Origin: a virus
Strand: one strand, 5' to 3'
DNA length: 64,000 bases
Virus record (IMG/VR): IMGVR_UViG_3300044568_002423
Below, piece by piece: positions 50,362 through 59,842 of the stretch (the stretch's first letter is position 1; each line of letters starts with the position of its first letter). A program made the position numbers and the translations under genes. The notes under the pieces are model-generated. The model had not been told where the DNA came from. It did no database searches and saw nothing but the letters and a program-made list of their open reading frames with translations.

Positions 50362-51572
50362 TATGCTAATTCACCAGCACGTTCATAATATGCGTATTCA
50401 CCAAATGGCGGGACAGTTGTATCATTTCCGTGAATAATAAATACAGTATCGCAATAATCTTCATCGCCCCATGAACCACATGGATATCCATCTGTAAACA
50501 TTATAAACTTTTTTGGAGTGATATCATGGTCATTCATATATTTCCAGTTAACTGAAAAATCAGTACCGCCACCACCCATTGGTTCATAATTATCAAAGTC
50601 ATCCATACTATACCCATCAAAATCTTGTTCATTATAAACTTCAGTATCGAAACACCATAGCTTAATTTTGAAATCTTGATATTCTTGCATGATGCCTTTA
50701 ATTTCACTTAGAAAATCAGTAGCTTGTGTATCAGTTATAGAACCAGACATATCTATCGCAACGCAAATATCTATAGCTTCTTGTACATTGCTTCCGGGTA
50801 ATACTGCACACATATGCCATGCTTTTCGACTAGGACGCATCCATGTATAATCACTTTTAATTATGCTTTGAATTTGTTGGCGTAAAATTTCTCGCCAATT
50901 CATTTTTGGTTCAACTAACTCTTTGATCATTCTTTGAATCATAGCTGGTGTATTACCAGCACCAGATGCTTGTGCTGCAGCCATAACTGCTTCCGTTACT
51001 TCACTTCGAATTTGGCGCAATTCTTCTTTGGTATATACTGGTCTGCCATTTGGATCATTTTTATCACCAGCGCCATCACCATCTTCCCAGTCGATATGTT
51101 GATCCAGCAATTCTCCCAATTTATCCAACATCTCATCATTATGATCTTTTAATATATCATATATTTCTTCGGCACCCATTCCATAATATTTGGTATCATG
51201 CAGGATAGTAATACCATCAATAACAGAATTACCTATATTATCACGCACAATCTGTCCATTTACACAATAATCAGTCGCAAAGTTAAAGATTTTAGGATGC
51301 CTATCATCTCGTCGACTAAAGTGATCAAACGCATTATGTAAGATTTCATGTGCCAATACAAATTGAATTTGTGGTATGGACAATGGGGCGAAGAATTCTC
51401 TATTAAAAAAGATATGTCTTCCATCAGTAGCTGCAGTAGTACACCAATCACCACTTTCTTTAATAGTTAATCGAGTTGCTAAATTACCAAAGAATGGGTG
51501 TTTTAATAACAAACCAACTCTAGCAGTGATTATTTTATCAATAATATTATTTAATACTACATCGTTTGACAT
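50361..51572 (-). CDS. Metallopeptidase (HExxH) plus vWA domain protein, DUF2201-like
   Basis: TAATDG, LAHEILH; MIDAS DMSGS, GGGGTDF, FTDGY. Confidence 0.9.
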   Translation of the reverse strand: MSNDVVLNNIIDKIITARVGLLLKHPFFGNLATRLTIKESGDWCTTAATDGRHIFFNREFFAPLSIPQIQFVLAHEILHNAFDHFSRRDDRHPKIFNFATDYCVNGQIVRDNIGNSVIDGITILHDTKYYGMGAEEIYDILKDHNDEMLDKLGELLDQHIDWEDGDGAGDKNDPNGRPVYTKEELRQIRSEVTEAVMAAAQASGAGNTPAMIQRMIKELVEPKMNWREILRQQIQSIIKSDYTWMRPSRKAWHMCAVLPGSNVQEAIDICVAIDMSGSITDTQATDFLSEIKGIMQEYQDFKIKLWCFDTEVYNEQDFDGYSMDDFDNYEPMGGGGTDFSVNWKYMNDHDITPKKFIMFTDGYPCGSWGDEDYCDTVFIIHGNDTTVPPFGEYAYYERAGELA

Positions 51573-51584
51573 ATCTATTCCTAA

Positions 51585-52667
51585 TTAGTTAGTAATTGCA
51601 GCTGATATATACTTTCCGTATTTTTTATGAAATTCTGAAAAACATTTAATTTCATCTACATCTAATGGCAACTTATATGTATTTAAAGCAAGTTTGGTCC
51701 CCATGATGACTAATTCGGTTTCAAAATTTGCCATCATAAATTCAAAGAAATTATCTACCTGCTTATTCCAATCCGCATCCTTACGTGATGCTGCATCTTT
51801 TAGTTCGTAGCATAATCCAACTGTCAATGAATACATTGCTGAAATTTCTTTATAATCAAGAGTTTTAACTTTGCCTTTCAATATATCAGATGGATTAGGT
51901 AGCTTGCCAGCTAATTTTTGATAAGCACCAAATTTAATAGCAGTACCCTCACCAACAGAACCAGCAATTAATGTCATCAATGTATCTTCATCGGTGTCAT
52001 CTTCTGTTAATAATTCACTAACGAAGCTCCATGAACGAGGAGTTGAAAATGCTCGTGAACTAGATTTTGGATCAAAATCATATAAGTTCCCCTTTGACCA
52101 ATTTAAAAATCCAACAATATTTTTATGTATTTTATTTTCAGTAGCCCATTCAAACCAATCATCAAATGAATGTGTCATTTCTAAATGAATGAAACGATTT
52201 GATAAAGGTGCTGGCATTCTATAAGTGACGCCTTTATCTGATTCACGATTACCAGCTGCAACAATAACAACATTGTCAGGTAAGACATATGTTCCAACTT
52301 TGCGATTTAACACTAGTTGATATGCCGCTGATTGTACACTTGGTGCTGCAGAATTCATTTCATCTAAAAATAAAATGACCCGTTCAAATTGTGAAGCAAG
52401 TAGCAAGCTTGGCAATTCTTCTGGTGGTGCCCACTTCATAGTTCCTGTTTTATCATCAAAATATGGAACACCCTTAATATCGGTCGGGTCCCATAAAGAC
52501 AAACGAACGTCAATTACTAATGAATTAGATTCAACTCCAATTTGTTTAATAAGATCCGATTTACCAATTCCTGGAGGTCCCCAAATAAAAATAGGACGTT
52601 TAACTTTTAACGCTTTATTTAATGCTTTTTTGGCTGATTTAGGTCCTACTGAACGATTTTCACTCAT
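51585..52667 (-). CDS. MoxR-type AAA+ ATPase
   Basis: Walker A GPPGIGKS, Walker B LFLDEMN, AAGN, LSNRF, TPRSW. Confidence 0.92.
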   Translation of the reverse strand: MSENRSVGPKSAKKALNKALKVKRPIFIWGPPGIGKSDLIKQIGVESNSLVIDVRLSLWDPTDIKGVPYFDDKTGTMKWAPPEELPSLLLASQFERVILFLDEMNSAAPSVQSAAYQLVLNRKVGTYVLPDNVVIVAAGNRESDKGVTYRMPAPLSNRFIHLEMTHSFDDWFEWATENKIHKNIVGFLNWSKGNLYDFDPKSSSRAFSTPRSWSFVSELLTEDDTDEDTLMTLIAGSVGEGTAIKFGAYQKLAGKLPNPSDILKGKVKTLDYKEISAMYSLTVGLCYELKDAASRKDADWNKQVDNFFEFMMANFETELVIMGTKLALNTYKLPLDVDEIKCFSEFHKKYGKYISAAITN

Positions 52668-52704
52668 TTGTATATCTCATATGGTTGTTAAAAAGTAAGA
52701 TTAA

Positions 52705-52733
52705 ATTATACTTAATGATAATATAATTGTCAA
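52705..52733 (-). promoter_or_regulatory. Sigma70-type early promoter P1 for MoxR-vWA
   Basis: TTGACA (52733-52728), 17-nt spacer, TATAAT (52710-52705). Confidence 0.85.
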
Positions 52734-52784
52734 GTATATTTTAGTTTTTATTTTTTACTGTGTTGTGTTAAGAAGTAAAATTGA

Positions 52785-52813
52785 ATTATACATAAGATTG
52801 ACATGGGTGTCAA
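52785..52813 (-). promoter_or_regulatory. Sigma70-type early promoter P2 for MoxR-vWA
   Basis: TTGACA (52813-52808), 17-nt spacer, TATAAT (52790-52785). Confidence 0.85.
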
Positions 52814-53212
52814 CTAATAATTATTTTCTATATGCTGACGGTCTTTCAATGACTTTATAATACCATATTTTCTAATATCGTCAGAGAATAAATGTAATTC
52901 AAAACTCTTCAATTCAGAAAAAACAACAATGCGTTGATTGGTTAGGTAAAATGGGCAATTGATATACCGTGCTAAAAATATAAGAGTTTGTGGACTAGCA
53001 TGTATTTCTTCTGTAAAAGGTACATCATATGATTTTAGATCAAGTGTACCAATTAAAAAATCCAATCCTTCTTCGGTCAATCTATAATTTGATTTGTCCG
53101 ATACTCTATTTGATTTCCACCATCTACGTGAATAAAATAATACGTTGGCCTCATCAGTACTTTTTTCCCACTGGGTTAAAAAAATTTTAGTGAGAGCATC
53201 ACGGTTGATCAT
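52814..53212 (-). CDS. Hypothetical protein
   Basis: 132-aa ORF; ATGA overlap with the upstream gene. Confidence 0.75.
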   Translation of the reverse strand: MINRDALTKIFLTQWEKSTDEANVLFYSRRWWKSNRVSDKSNYRLTEEGLDFLIGTLDLKSYDVPFTEEIHASPQTLIFLARYINCPFYLTNQRIVVFSELKSFELHLFSDDIRKYGIIKSLKDRQHIENNY

Positions 53213-53493
53213 TTTACAACAATTCCATTTGTTAATTTGACTACTTGAAAATCTTTACAATTAAATTGTTCATTTAATTTGTGTGATAAATTATGGGCAT
53301 GCCCTGGATTCGAAAAACTAGTTTTCTTATATTTTGGTCCAGGATAACTAGTAATAGTATTAAAACTCTTTAAATTAAACGCAGCATCTTTATAGAACAC
53401 AGCCCATACTGCTTCTGCTTCTAAAATCTGCTCAGTCTTATATGATATCTTATCAAATTTTTCTATTAATACTGTTGGTTTGGGTCTAGCCAT
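53209..53493 (-). CDS. Hypothetical protein (MARPKP...)
   Basis: 94-aa ORF; GATAAATA late-like element at 53529-53522. Confidence 0.8.
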   Translation of the reverse strand: MARPKPTVLIEKFDKISYKTEQILEAEAVWAVFYKDAAFNLKSFNTITSYPGPKYKKTSFSNPGHAHNLSHKLNEQFNCKDFQVVKLTNGIVVK

Positions 53494-53529
53494 TATTATA
53501 CGTTCCTATTAACTACGTATATATTTATC

Positions 53530-53778
53530 TTATTTTTCGATGCCGAATCCACCGCCGTCCATTGTAACAGAGACCACTTCATTGTCAACTGATTTTTTAA
53601 GAGAATTATACATACTTTCATAATCGGTATTTATTTTATCCATTATTTCAGCCAGTGCTAAATTCAACAGTCTCGCTTGTTGAATTTGCATTTTAATTTC
53701 TCTTTGTTGACCTAACTCAGCTGCGCGTAACAGCTGAATAAATTGAGTGATTGGGGTTAAGTTTATTTGAGATTGCAT
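53530..53778 (-). CDS. Hypothetical protein
   Basis: 82-aa ORF within the operon. Confidence 0.7.
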   Translation of the reverse strand: MQSQINLTPITQFIQLLRAAELGQQREIKMQIQQARLLNLALAEIMDKINTDYESMYNSLKKSVDNEVVSVTMDGGGFGIEK

Positions 53779-54233
53779 TTAACCTTACTCGCTTCGTGTT
53801 TTGACTTAAACGGACCACGGTAATCATATCTCTCCACGGTTATCAGTTTTGGACAATACGCCAATACCCAATTTTTAAATTTAACCGCATACCATCCGGC
53901 ACAATGGAAACTTTTACTATGTGGGCTTTTTGTATATAATGGTAACGTACGTCTTACATCATACATCGCGTTGTATGGTATTGACCTAGTTGGAAATCCA
54001 TGACAATCAGTACTGTCATCAACTGTGCTGTTAAGTTCATTATTGTTAATAAAAAAGTTTTCACCAAAGTAAGTAGTCAATTCCTCTTTTTTACTAAACC
54101 ACCAATCACCATCATGATTGGTTAAAATAAATTTATTATTTTCTTGGTGATGTAACGTAGCAACTTTTTCACCAGCTTTCTCAACAACCCAAAATTTTCC
54201 ATCTATTATTGGCTTTGCGTGTATTTCATCCAT
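53763..54233 (-). CDS. Hypothetical protein (MDEIHAKPII...)
   Basis: SD AGGAG at 54244-54240 supports ATG 54233. Confidence 0.75.
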   Translation of the reverse strand: MDEIHAKPIIDGKFWVVEKAGEKVATLHHQENNKFILTNHDGDWWFSKKEELTTYFGENFFINNNELNSTVDDSTDCHGFPTRSIPYNAMYDVRRTLPLYTKSPHSKSFHCAGWYAVKFKNWVLAYCPKLITVERYDYRGPFKSKHEASKVKCNLK

Positions 54234-54252
54234 CCCATTCTCCTGTCTGTTT

Positions 54253-54480
54253 TTAACTGACATCTTTGTATAACAAGGTTGCTGCTTCTTCAATGGTTAA
54301 TGGTATAGCATCTGCGTACCCATGAAAATAGTCATCTTTTGTTTTAAATCTATAATCAGATACCAATCTGTCATTATAACGAGTAATTATATCAATTTTA
54401 TAGTTACGACCACTTTTACTAGTTTTACATTTACACAATATACCGGAAGGTGGTATATTTTTAAACCATTCGTTATTCAT
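54253..54480 (-). CDS. Hypothetical protein
   Basis: 75 aa, SD AAGGA. Confidence 0.65.
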   Translation of the reverse strand: MNNEWFKNIPPSGILCKCKTSKSGRNYKIDIITRYNDRLVSDYRFKTKDDYFHGYADAIPLTIEEAATLLYKDVS

Positions 54481-54492
54481 AATAATCCTTTA

Positions 54493-54966
54493 TTATTTTT
54501 TGGTAAGTACATTAATTGCTGAAATAAAAACTGCAAATCCGGAAACTCCATCGACCGTATTTTCTACAATTTTGTATGCTGTTTCAATCGCAACTTTATG
54601 TTGTGATTGATATAAACTAATTGCGATATTGTTTTTCTTATCATATAAGACATTGATAAAATCTTTAAAAACTTCTTCGTCTGGATATCCAGTTAGCTCT
54701 TCAAAACCAATACGTTTTAGTTTTAGTATAAGTTCTTTGTTAGCTTCAACGAAGATATTTTGCTGAAATACTACACAATCAAGTTCTAATGCTGTGGCAA
54801 ATATTCTGCCATGGTCGGTATTTCTAAAAGCCCACGCTCGTCCCAATTTGTGTTTGGCTACCCGTTGTTTAATTTTAAATCTATCGATCAATGGAGCAAA
54901 TGGTTGATATGTTGCTACTGAACGGTTAGTTTTATTTTTTGGTGGTTGTTCAATTATATTTGACAT
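54493..54966 (-). CDS. Hypothetical protein
   Basis: 157-aa ORF. Confidence 0.7.
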   Translation of the reverse strand: MSNIIEQPPKNKTNRSVATYQPFAPLIDRFKIKQRVAKHKLGRAWAFRNTDHGRIFATALELDCVVFQQNIFVEANKELILKLKRIGFEELTGYPDEEVFKDFINVLYDKKNNIAISLYQSQHKVAIETAYKIVENTVDGVSGFAVFISAINVLTKK

Positions 54967-54995
54967 ATATTATCTCAGTATAGTTAAAATAAAAA

Positions 54996-55652
54996 TTAAT
55001 GTTTGTCTACTAGTGTCAGGCTAAAATCTATACTTTTACCAGTGGTACTTCCTCCAATATTGTCGATATCCTCACCATCATACCTTACAGTTGAGCATAA
55101 AAGTGATCCTTCAATGTCATCGTATACGAATGATAATTTAGTTGGATCGAACACGGATGTTAATTCTATATCACCTTCAAATAGGGTGCCTTTTTCTCCG
55201 GCCTGTCCATAAAATACAACCGTGCCATCTGGTTGATCGTTGATATAATACTCTTTACTTTCTTCTACTAAAATATCACTCTCTTCTAATACGATAGGAT
55301 CTAAATTATGTGACCATACTTCATTCTCCTCATTATCAAATACAGTAATGTTATTATAGTCAGACATTTCAATGCCACATTCATGAACGATATCACAACA
55401 TTCATACCATTCGCCTGGGGGAAATGGCATCATATCTTCGGGAACCTCAAATGTATTTTCATCATCGGTTGCATACTCCTCCAAATCGATATCATTTTCT
55501 TCAAAGTAATCATATATTTCTCGACTAACTGTCCCCAATACTGATTCACTACCATAACCCCATAATTCAATACGATAGGTGCATGGTGTAAATTTAAGTA
55601 TTTCAAGAAGTTCCCGTTGTTCTTCGATGGATGGTTCTGTATCAATTGTCAT
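54996..55652 (-). CDS. Highly acidic hypothetical early protein
   Basis: 218 aa, strongly D/E-rich; SD GGGAG; own perfect promoter. Confidence 0.8.
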   Translation of the reverse strand: MTIDTEPSIEEQRELLEILKFTPCTYRIELWGYGSESVLGTVSREIYDYFEENDIDLEEYATDDENTFEVPEDMMPFPPGEWYECCDIVHECGIEMSDYNNITVFDNEENEVWSHNLDPIVLEESDILVEESKEYYINDQPDGTVVFYGQAGEKGTLFEGDIELTSVFDPTKLSFVYDDIEGSLLCSTVRYDGEDIDNIGGSTTGKSIDFSLTLVDKH

Positions 55653-55689
55653 ATCTGGTCTCCCAATGTGATTGTAAATTAGTAGAGGT

Positions 55690-55718
55690 ATTATACAATA
55701 CTAATTTACACTTGTCAA
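55690..55718 (-). promoter_or_regulatory. Sigma70-type early promoter
   Basis: TTGACA (55718-55713), 17-nt spacer, TATAAT (55695-55690). Confidence 0.85.
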
Positions 55719-55726
55719 GTAAAATG

Positions 55727-55915
55727 TTATGTTTTTGGTAAGTTGTTTGCTGCTGTAATTAGTTCGAAAACTTCATCCAGTGATGTTGCTAGTATTTTTG
55801 AAGTAATCCAGTCATCTTCACTATCGCGACCACTGATCTCAACCATAAAACCATTATCGTAACGATATACGGTTAATGATTCTTCTACTTTCGTTAATTT
55901 GTTACTTAGTTTCAT
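55727..55915 (-). CDS. Small hypothetical protein (MKLSNKL...YDNGFMVEISGRD)
   Basis: SD AAGGA upstream of ATG 55915. Confidence 0.7.
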   Translation of the reverse strand: MKLSNKLTKVEESLTVYRYDNGFMVEISGRDSEDDWITSKILATSLDEVFELITAANNLPKT

Positions 55916-55934
55916 TATTTTTCCTTTTATTATG

Positions 55935-56915
55935 TTATTTGTATCTTGCTTGGAATGGTTCGGCATATAATTGAATATTATCTACCATCTTTTTCATGTC
56001 AAATGATTGACAAAATTTCATCATACGAATACCTACTTGCGATATTTCTTTTGGTTTGCAATTAAGCTTAACCGTGTCATCTATAATTATTCTAACATCA
56101 GCTGGCTGTGCTGTCAAATCAATTAATTTCCTATTACGTTCATAATCATCCAATACTCGATGGTCCTTACCATTATGATCAGTCCATCGTTGAAGCATTA
56201 GATTATTGTATGAAAATCCCTTATCGTTTCGATCACTAAATGCTTCTTGTAATCCAACTTTATTTTTACTACCTTTTGTTCTAACGCCTGGATATGCAGA
56301 AAATACGTTATCGGATGTATCACCACGCATACATTTTTCAAATAACATCCATGATGGATTAATTGGTGCTTTAATCTCTCCTGTTTTTTTATCCTTAACT
56401 GGCTTTCCCTTAGCATCAAAATAGCCTTCATGTGTTATATGTTGATCAGACACTCCATTATATTGACTAACATTTTCGTTAATCAATTGATAGAAATCAC
56501 TATCGGTACTGATAATAATATGTTTTGAAGTTGGGTGTGCTTGAATAAACCCGGCAATCAAATCATCAGCTTCTAATCGTTCATGTTGTAAAATAGTACA
56601 ATTAGTTTTTTCATTTAGAAATGTCTTGAACTCATCAAAGGCTTCCCAGAATACTTTTTCTTCATCCTGTTCTTTGACAGTCATCGCCGATCTTGTTTCT
56701 GTTCTATTTCTCTTATATGGTTCGTAGAAATCTTTCCTCCATGAACGTCCTTCGAGGCATATAACTACGTGTTTCCCATCAAAATCCTGCCATGCTTTTT
56801 TAATACAGTTAAAAGTTATGTGAAACGCCATGCCTAGTTTTATGTCGGCATTGCCTTGTATGGCATGTCTCGCACGATAAAACGTATTAGCTAGATCAAC
56901 GATAATGTATGTCAT
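55935..56915 (-). CDS. rnh: RNase H / 5'-3' flap exonuclease, T4 rnh-like
   Basis: IIVDLAN, SWRKDFYEPYKRNR, LEADDLIA, IISTDSDFYQL, GDTSDNV. Confidence 0.92.
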   Translation of the reverse strand: MTYIIVDLANTFYRARHAIQGNADIKLGMAFHITFNCIKKAWQDFDGKHVVICLEGRSWRKDFYEPYKRNRTETRSAMTVKEQDEEKVFWEAFDEFKTFLNEKTNCTILQHERLEADDLIAGFIQAHPTSKHIIISTDSDFYQLINENVSQYNGVSDQHITHEGYFDAKGKPVKDKKTGEIKAPINPSWMLFEKCMRGDTSDNVFSAYPGVRTKGSKNKVGLQEAFSDRNDKGFSYNNLMLQRWTDHNGKDHRVLDDYERNRKLIDLTAQPADVRIIIDDTVKLNCKPKEISQVGIRMMKFCQSFDMKKMVDNIQLYAEPFQARYK

Positions 56916-57502
56916 TATATTATTCTCAATTCAGTACTGTTAAATGAAATATCTTTTTTCCAAACACAATGCATGTATTCAATTGAATCAGTGCCACCAG
57001 TATTTAAAAAACGCATTCTTTCAGAATGAACATAACAACACATCGGTAAGTTATGTGTCCAGAATGGTTTTCTACCTTTTGACCCAAAGAAGTTTAATCT
57101 TAATAACATCACAACGTAACCACCAGTTGCCACGTCAGTCAATGCCTTATTGATAATCTCCAACGCAAGATTAAATGGTGGATTGGTAATGATACAATCA
57201 GGCGGAGTTGGCATTATTGTTGGCAACGCTGTAATTAGATAATCATTTCCAGAATGATTTGCTAATGAATCTGTTCTTAAATCAAGAGTTTCAATAGTGG
57301 TATACCCATTATTCATCAATGCAGTTGGATAACTCATTGGGTTTATGCTGTCTCCTCCCGCACATGGATCTAGTAATATATTCCCAAGTGACCCATAATC
57401 TTTATGAAAATTAATAATAAAATCATTAATATTCCTTACAGGCGTGACGTAGTAGTCAGCGACATGTGAATCACGTGCTGCTGAACGATTGGTTGAACTC
57501 AT
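56915..57502 (-). CDS. Orphan amino-DNA methyltransferase (N6-adenine/N4-cytosine type)
   Basis: DYYVTP, motif I LLDPCAGG, motif IV IITNPPF, MLLRLNF. Confidence 0.85.
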   Translation of the reverse strand: MSSTNRSAARDSHVADYYVTPVRNINDFIINFHKDYGSLGNILLDPCAGGDSINPMSYPTALMNNGYTTIETLDLRTDSLANHSGNDYLITALPTIMPTPPDCIITNPPFNLALEIINKALTDVATGGYVVMLLRLNFFGSKGRKPFWTHNLPMCCYVHSERMRFLNTGGTDSIEYMHCVWKKDISFNSTELRII

Positions 57503-58003
57503 TTATTTTACCTCGGCTTTTCCACCGGCTAACTTGGTTACATTAATATATCCAGATGAACGTTCATCAATATCTTCCACCCCGACTTCTGTCGCGGCAT
57601 TAATACAAATATCTCTAAACCATCTGGACACGATTTCTTCATCGGGGTCACCATCATATCCATACCCTTCAGCTTTCAATTGTACTATAAAGTGGTCATT
57701 CCAGTCAAGCTCATAAAATCCATTTCTAATATTTTCTTGATTTACCTTGAAACCAACTACATCCACCCATGCTTCTTTCTTCTTATTAGCAATTTCCTTT
57801 GATGTAAGCTTTGTTACTTCCTCGGCTTCTTTTTTAATTCTACGTGCTTCTGCTTCTTCTTTCTTAAGGCGCTTTTTCTCGGCAGCTTTTTCTTTACGGA
57901 GCCTATCGGCTTCCTCCTTCAGTAGTCGTGCTTCTTCTTCCTGTGCCAACAATGCTTCCTTGGCGGTAATTCCAGTTATATCTTTAAAAAATTTCTTAAT
58001 CAT
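57503..58003 (-). CDS. Hypothetical protein
   Basis: 166 aa; charged coiled coil followed by NGFYELDWND motif. Confidence 0.8.
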   Translation of the reverse strand: MIKKFFKDITGITAKEALLAQEEEARLLKEEADRLRKEKAAEKKRLKKEEAEARRIKKEAEEVTKLTSKEIANKKKEAWVDVVGFKVNQENIRNGFYELDWNDHFIVQLKAEGYGYDGDPDEEIVSRWFRDICINAATEVGVEDIDERSSGYINVTKLAGGKAEVK

Positions 58004-58451
58004 TCTTTTTCCTCTTTAACTCTCGATCTTTTTGAAATTGATGCATATCCTTAATAGCAGTTTTTATCGTCTCGGCATAATTTAACGCTTGTTGTTCAGT
58101 CATAATTGTTGTTTGATGATATTTTAAATAACCAACTGTCCATAATTTATACGTCAATGAAATTCTAGTGTGTATCCCATTAATAAGTTTTCTGATAGAT
58201 GAATCAATACTATATAAAAAAGAATTACGTATATATGGTTGATAATTTTCATTTACCAATAACGACCAGTAATCACTCTTTTGAATAGTCCACGTATTCA
58301 TACCAATAGTCTGTTCATCGACTTCTATTTCAAAATCTATTTCATCATCAGGGTTACCACAAGAGCATACAACGGTATAAAATTTACTGTCGCCGTAATC
58401 GCCTTTTTTTAAAATACCATCTGCTGGCGCTTGTGCTTTTATTTTAGTCAT
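57996..58451 (-). CDS. Hypothetical protein
   Basis: ORF with CSCG motif; start placed at ATG 58451. Confidence 0.7.
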   Translation of the reverse strand: MTKIKAQAPADGILKKGDYGDSKFYTVVCSCGNPDDEIDFEIEVDEQTIGMNTWTIQKSDYWSLLVNENYQPYIRNSFLYSIDSSIRKLINGIHTRISLTYKLWTVGYLKYHQTTIMTEQQALNYAETIKTAIKDMHQFQKDRELKRKKND

Positions 58452-58611
58452 TGTTAGTTTTCTCAAGCATTAACAGTTCATATTTGAGATACTTTAGGTA
58501 TTCACCAAGCATTTCAACACGACGAGCATCACCATTATCTATTCTCATGTTTGTCATGTCAGTTTCAACCATTGCTATTTTGTCTTTTAATTCTGCTATT
58601 GTTAAACTCAT
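58444..58611 (-). CDS. Small hypothetical protein
   Basis: MSLTIAELKDKI...; overlapping start/stop codons with neighbours. Confidence 0.6.
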   Translation of the reverse strand: MSLTIAELKDKIAMVETDMTNMRIDNGDARRVEMLGEYLKYLKYELLMLEKTNND

Positions 58612-58808
58612 AACTTTTCTTCCAAGTAACATATATCTAAAATTTTATCAAATCCATCTGTATCAAATGTCATAGATGAACTGTTGTCCATCAAGGTATT
58701 GCCATTAATCATTTTTTTAATATTGGTAACTATAAGTTCAAGTTCCTGATAGGACCCATTAAATTCATTAATAAATTCTGGTGAGAATGCAATATTGACA
58801 TTTTTCAT
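58608..58808 (-). CDS. Small hypothetical protein
   Basis: 66 aa, SD AAGGAG, ATGA overlap. Confidence 0.6.
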   Translation of the reverse strand: MKNVNIAFSPEFINEFNGSYQELELIVTNIKKMINGNTLMDNSSSMTFDTDGFDKILDICYLEEKL

Positions 58809-59137
58809 TTAGACTCCTTGATAGCATACCAAGTTTTAAGACAGGCCAATCTTTCCATATATTCCTCGTTTAATTGTTTAAGTTTTTTGTCTAGTTTTTC
58901 CATTTTAACATCTCTAATTGGAATATTCAATAATATTTCTATTTTTTCAAGTCTTTCATTTAATGATTGGCCTTTCAATATAATTTCGTCGACATGGACC
59001 TTGGGAGTAGCAGTAGATACAGAAGCCCAACTAGTAGCATTGGCTCCATTGGTTCCATTGGTTCCATAAATTTGTGTGCTGTTTGATCCAATAGGACCAA
59101 CAGTTATAGTACCATTATTAGTTACAGTTGACATCAT
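58805..59137 (-). CDS. Hypothetical protein
   Basis: 110 aa, T/N/G-rich N-terminus, SD AAGGA. Confidence 0.7.
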   Translation of the reverse strand: MMSTVTNNGTITVGPIGSNSTQIYGTNGTNGANATSWASVSTATPKVHVDEIILKGQSLNERLEKIEILLNIPIRDVKMEKLDKKLKQLNEEYMERLACLKTWYAIKESK

Positions 59138-59153
59138 TCAAATCCTTAAAATA

Positions 59154-59184
59154 AAGTTGAGTAGAAGAGGTTTCTACTCAACTT
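59154..59184 (-). terminator. Hairpin / probable terminator
   Basis: 13-bp stem AAGTTGAGTAGAA/TTCTACTCAACTT followed by TATTTT on the minus strand. Confidence 0.7.
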
Positions 59185-59191
59185 GTCATTG

Positions 59192-59473
59192 TTACTTTTT
59201 AACGTAAGCAGGTTTGTTGTTATTCCAAGGTTTATTTCCCTGGTAGGGTTTTTTCTCACCATACGGGGGTTTATTTCCCTGATAGGGTTTACGTGGCCGT
59301 TTACTAGCTAAAAATGCACCGTATGATTGTGAGTCTTTACGGTATAATTCAGCTGGGTCAAATTTTCGCAATTCCAATCTGCAAAAATCATGAAATTCTT
59401 CTAAATCGGCAAATATTCTTACGATATCTGGACGACTTTCAAAGTATGAAAATGTTCGGTAGTTCTTAGCCAT
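59192..59473 (-). CDS. Small basic protein with KPYQGNKP repeats
   Basis: 93 aa, SD AAGGA, flanked by two hairpins. Confidence 0.8.
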   Translation of the reverse strand: MAKNYRTFSYFESRPDIVRIFADLEEFHDFCRLELRKFDPAELYRKDSQSYGAFLASKRPRKPYQGNKPPYGEKKPYQGNKPWNNNKPAYVKK

Positions 59474-59500
59474 AATAGCTTCCTTTCTCTTGTGGTTGTT

Positions 59501-59526
59501 AAAAACTACTACATCATTGTAGTAGT
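59501..59526 (-). terminator. Probable intrinsic terminator
   Basis: ACTACTACA-ATGA-TGTAGTAGT followed by TTTT on the minus strand. Confidence 0.6.
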
Positions 59527-59533
59527 GGTAAAA

Positions 59534-59842
59534 TTATTTTATTTTTGGCCCATAATACGAAGGCGTAGTATTAGATGTATACATAGTTTCATTATATGCT
59601 GGGTGTTGATACAAGGTAGATATGTGAATTTCATCAACTTTCTTCTTCATTGTTTCAACCTCATCTAATAGATTACCAAGTGGTCCTTTATTACGGGTGT
59701 CAGTTTCCTCAGCATGGACCAATGCTGCTATCACTAATAAATTATGAAGACACTTTTTAACAGCAGGATTATTTGAAGTCAATGCTGTGTCAAATAATTC
59801 CGCAAATGTTTTCAAATCTACATCATCTGTTAGTTGTGTCAT
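59534..59842 (-). CDS. Hypothetical protein
   Basis: 102-aa ORF. Confidence 0.7.
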   Translation of the reverse strand: MTQLTDDVDLKTFAELFDTALTSNNPAVKKCLHNLLVIAALVHAEETDTRNKGPLGNLLDEVETMKKKVDEIHISTLYQHPAYNETMYTSNTTPSYYGPKIK

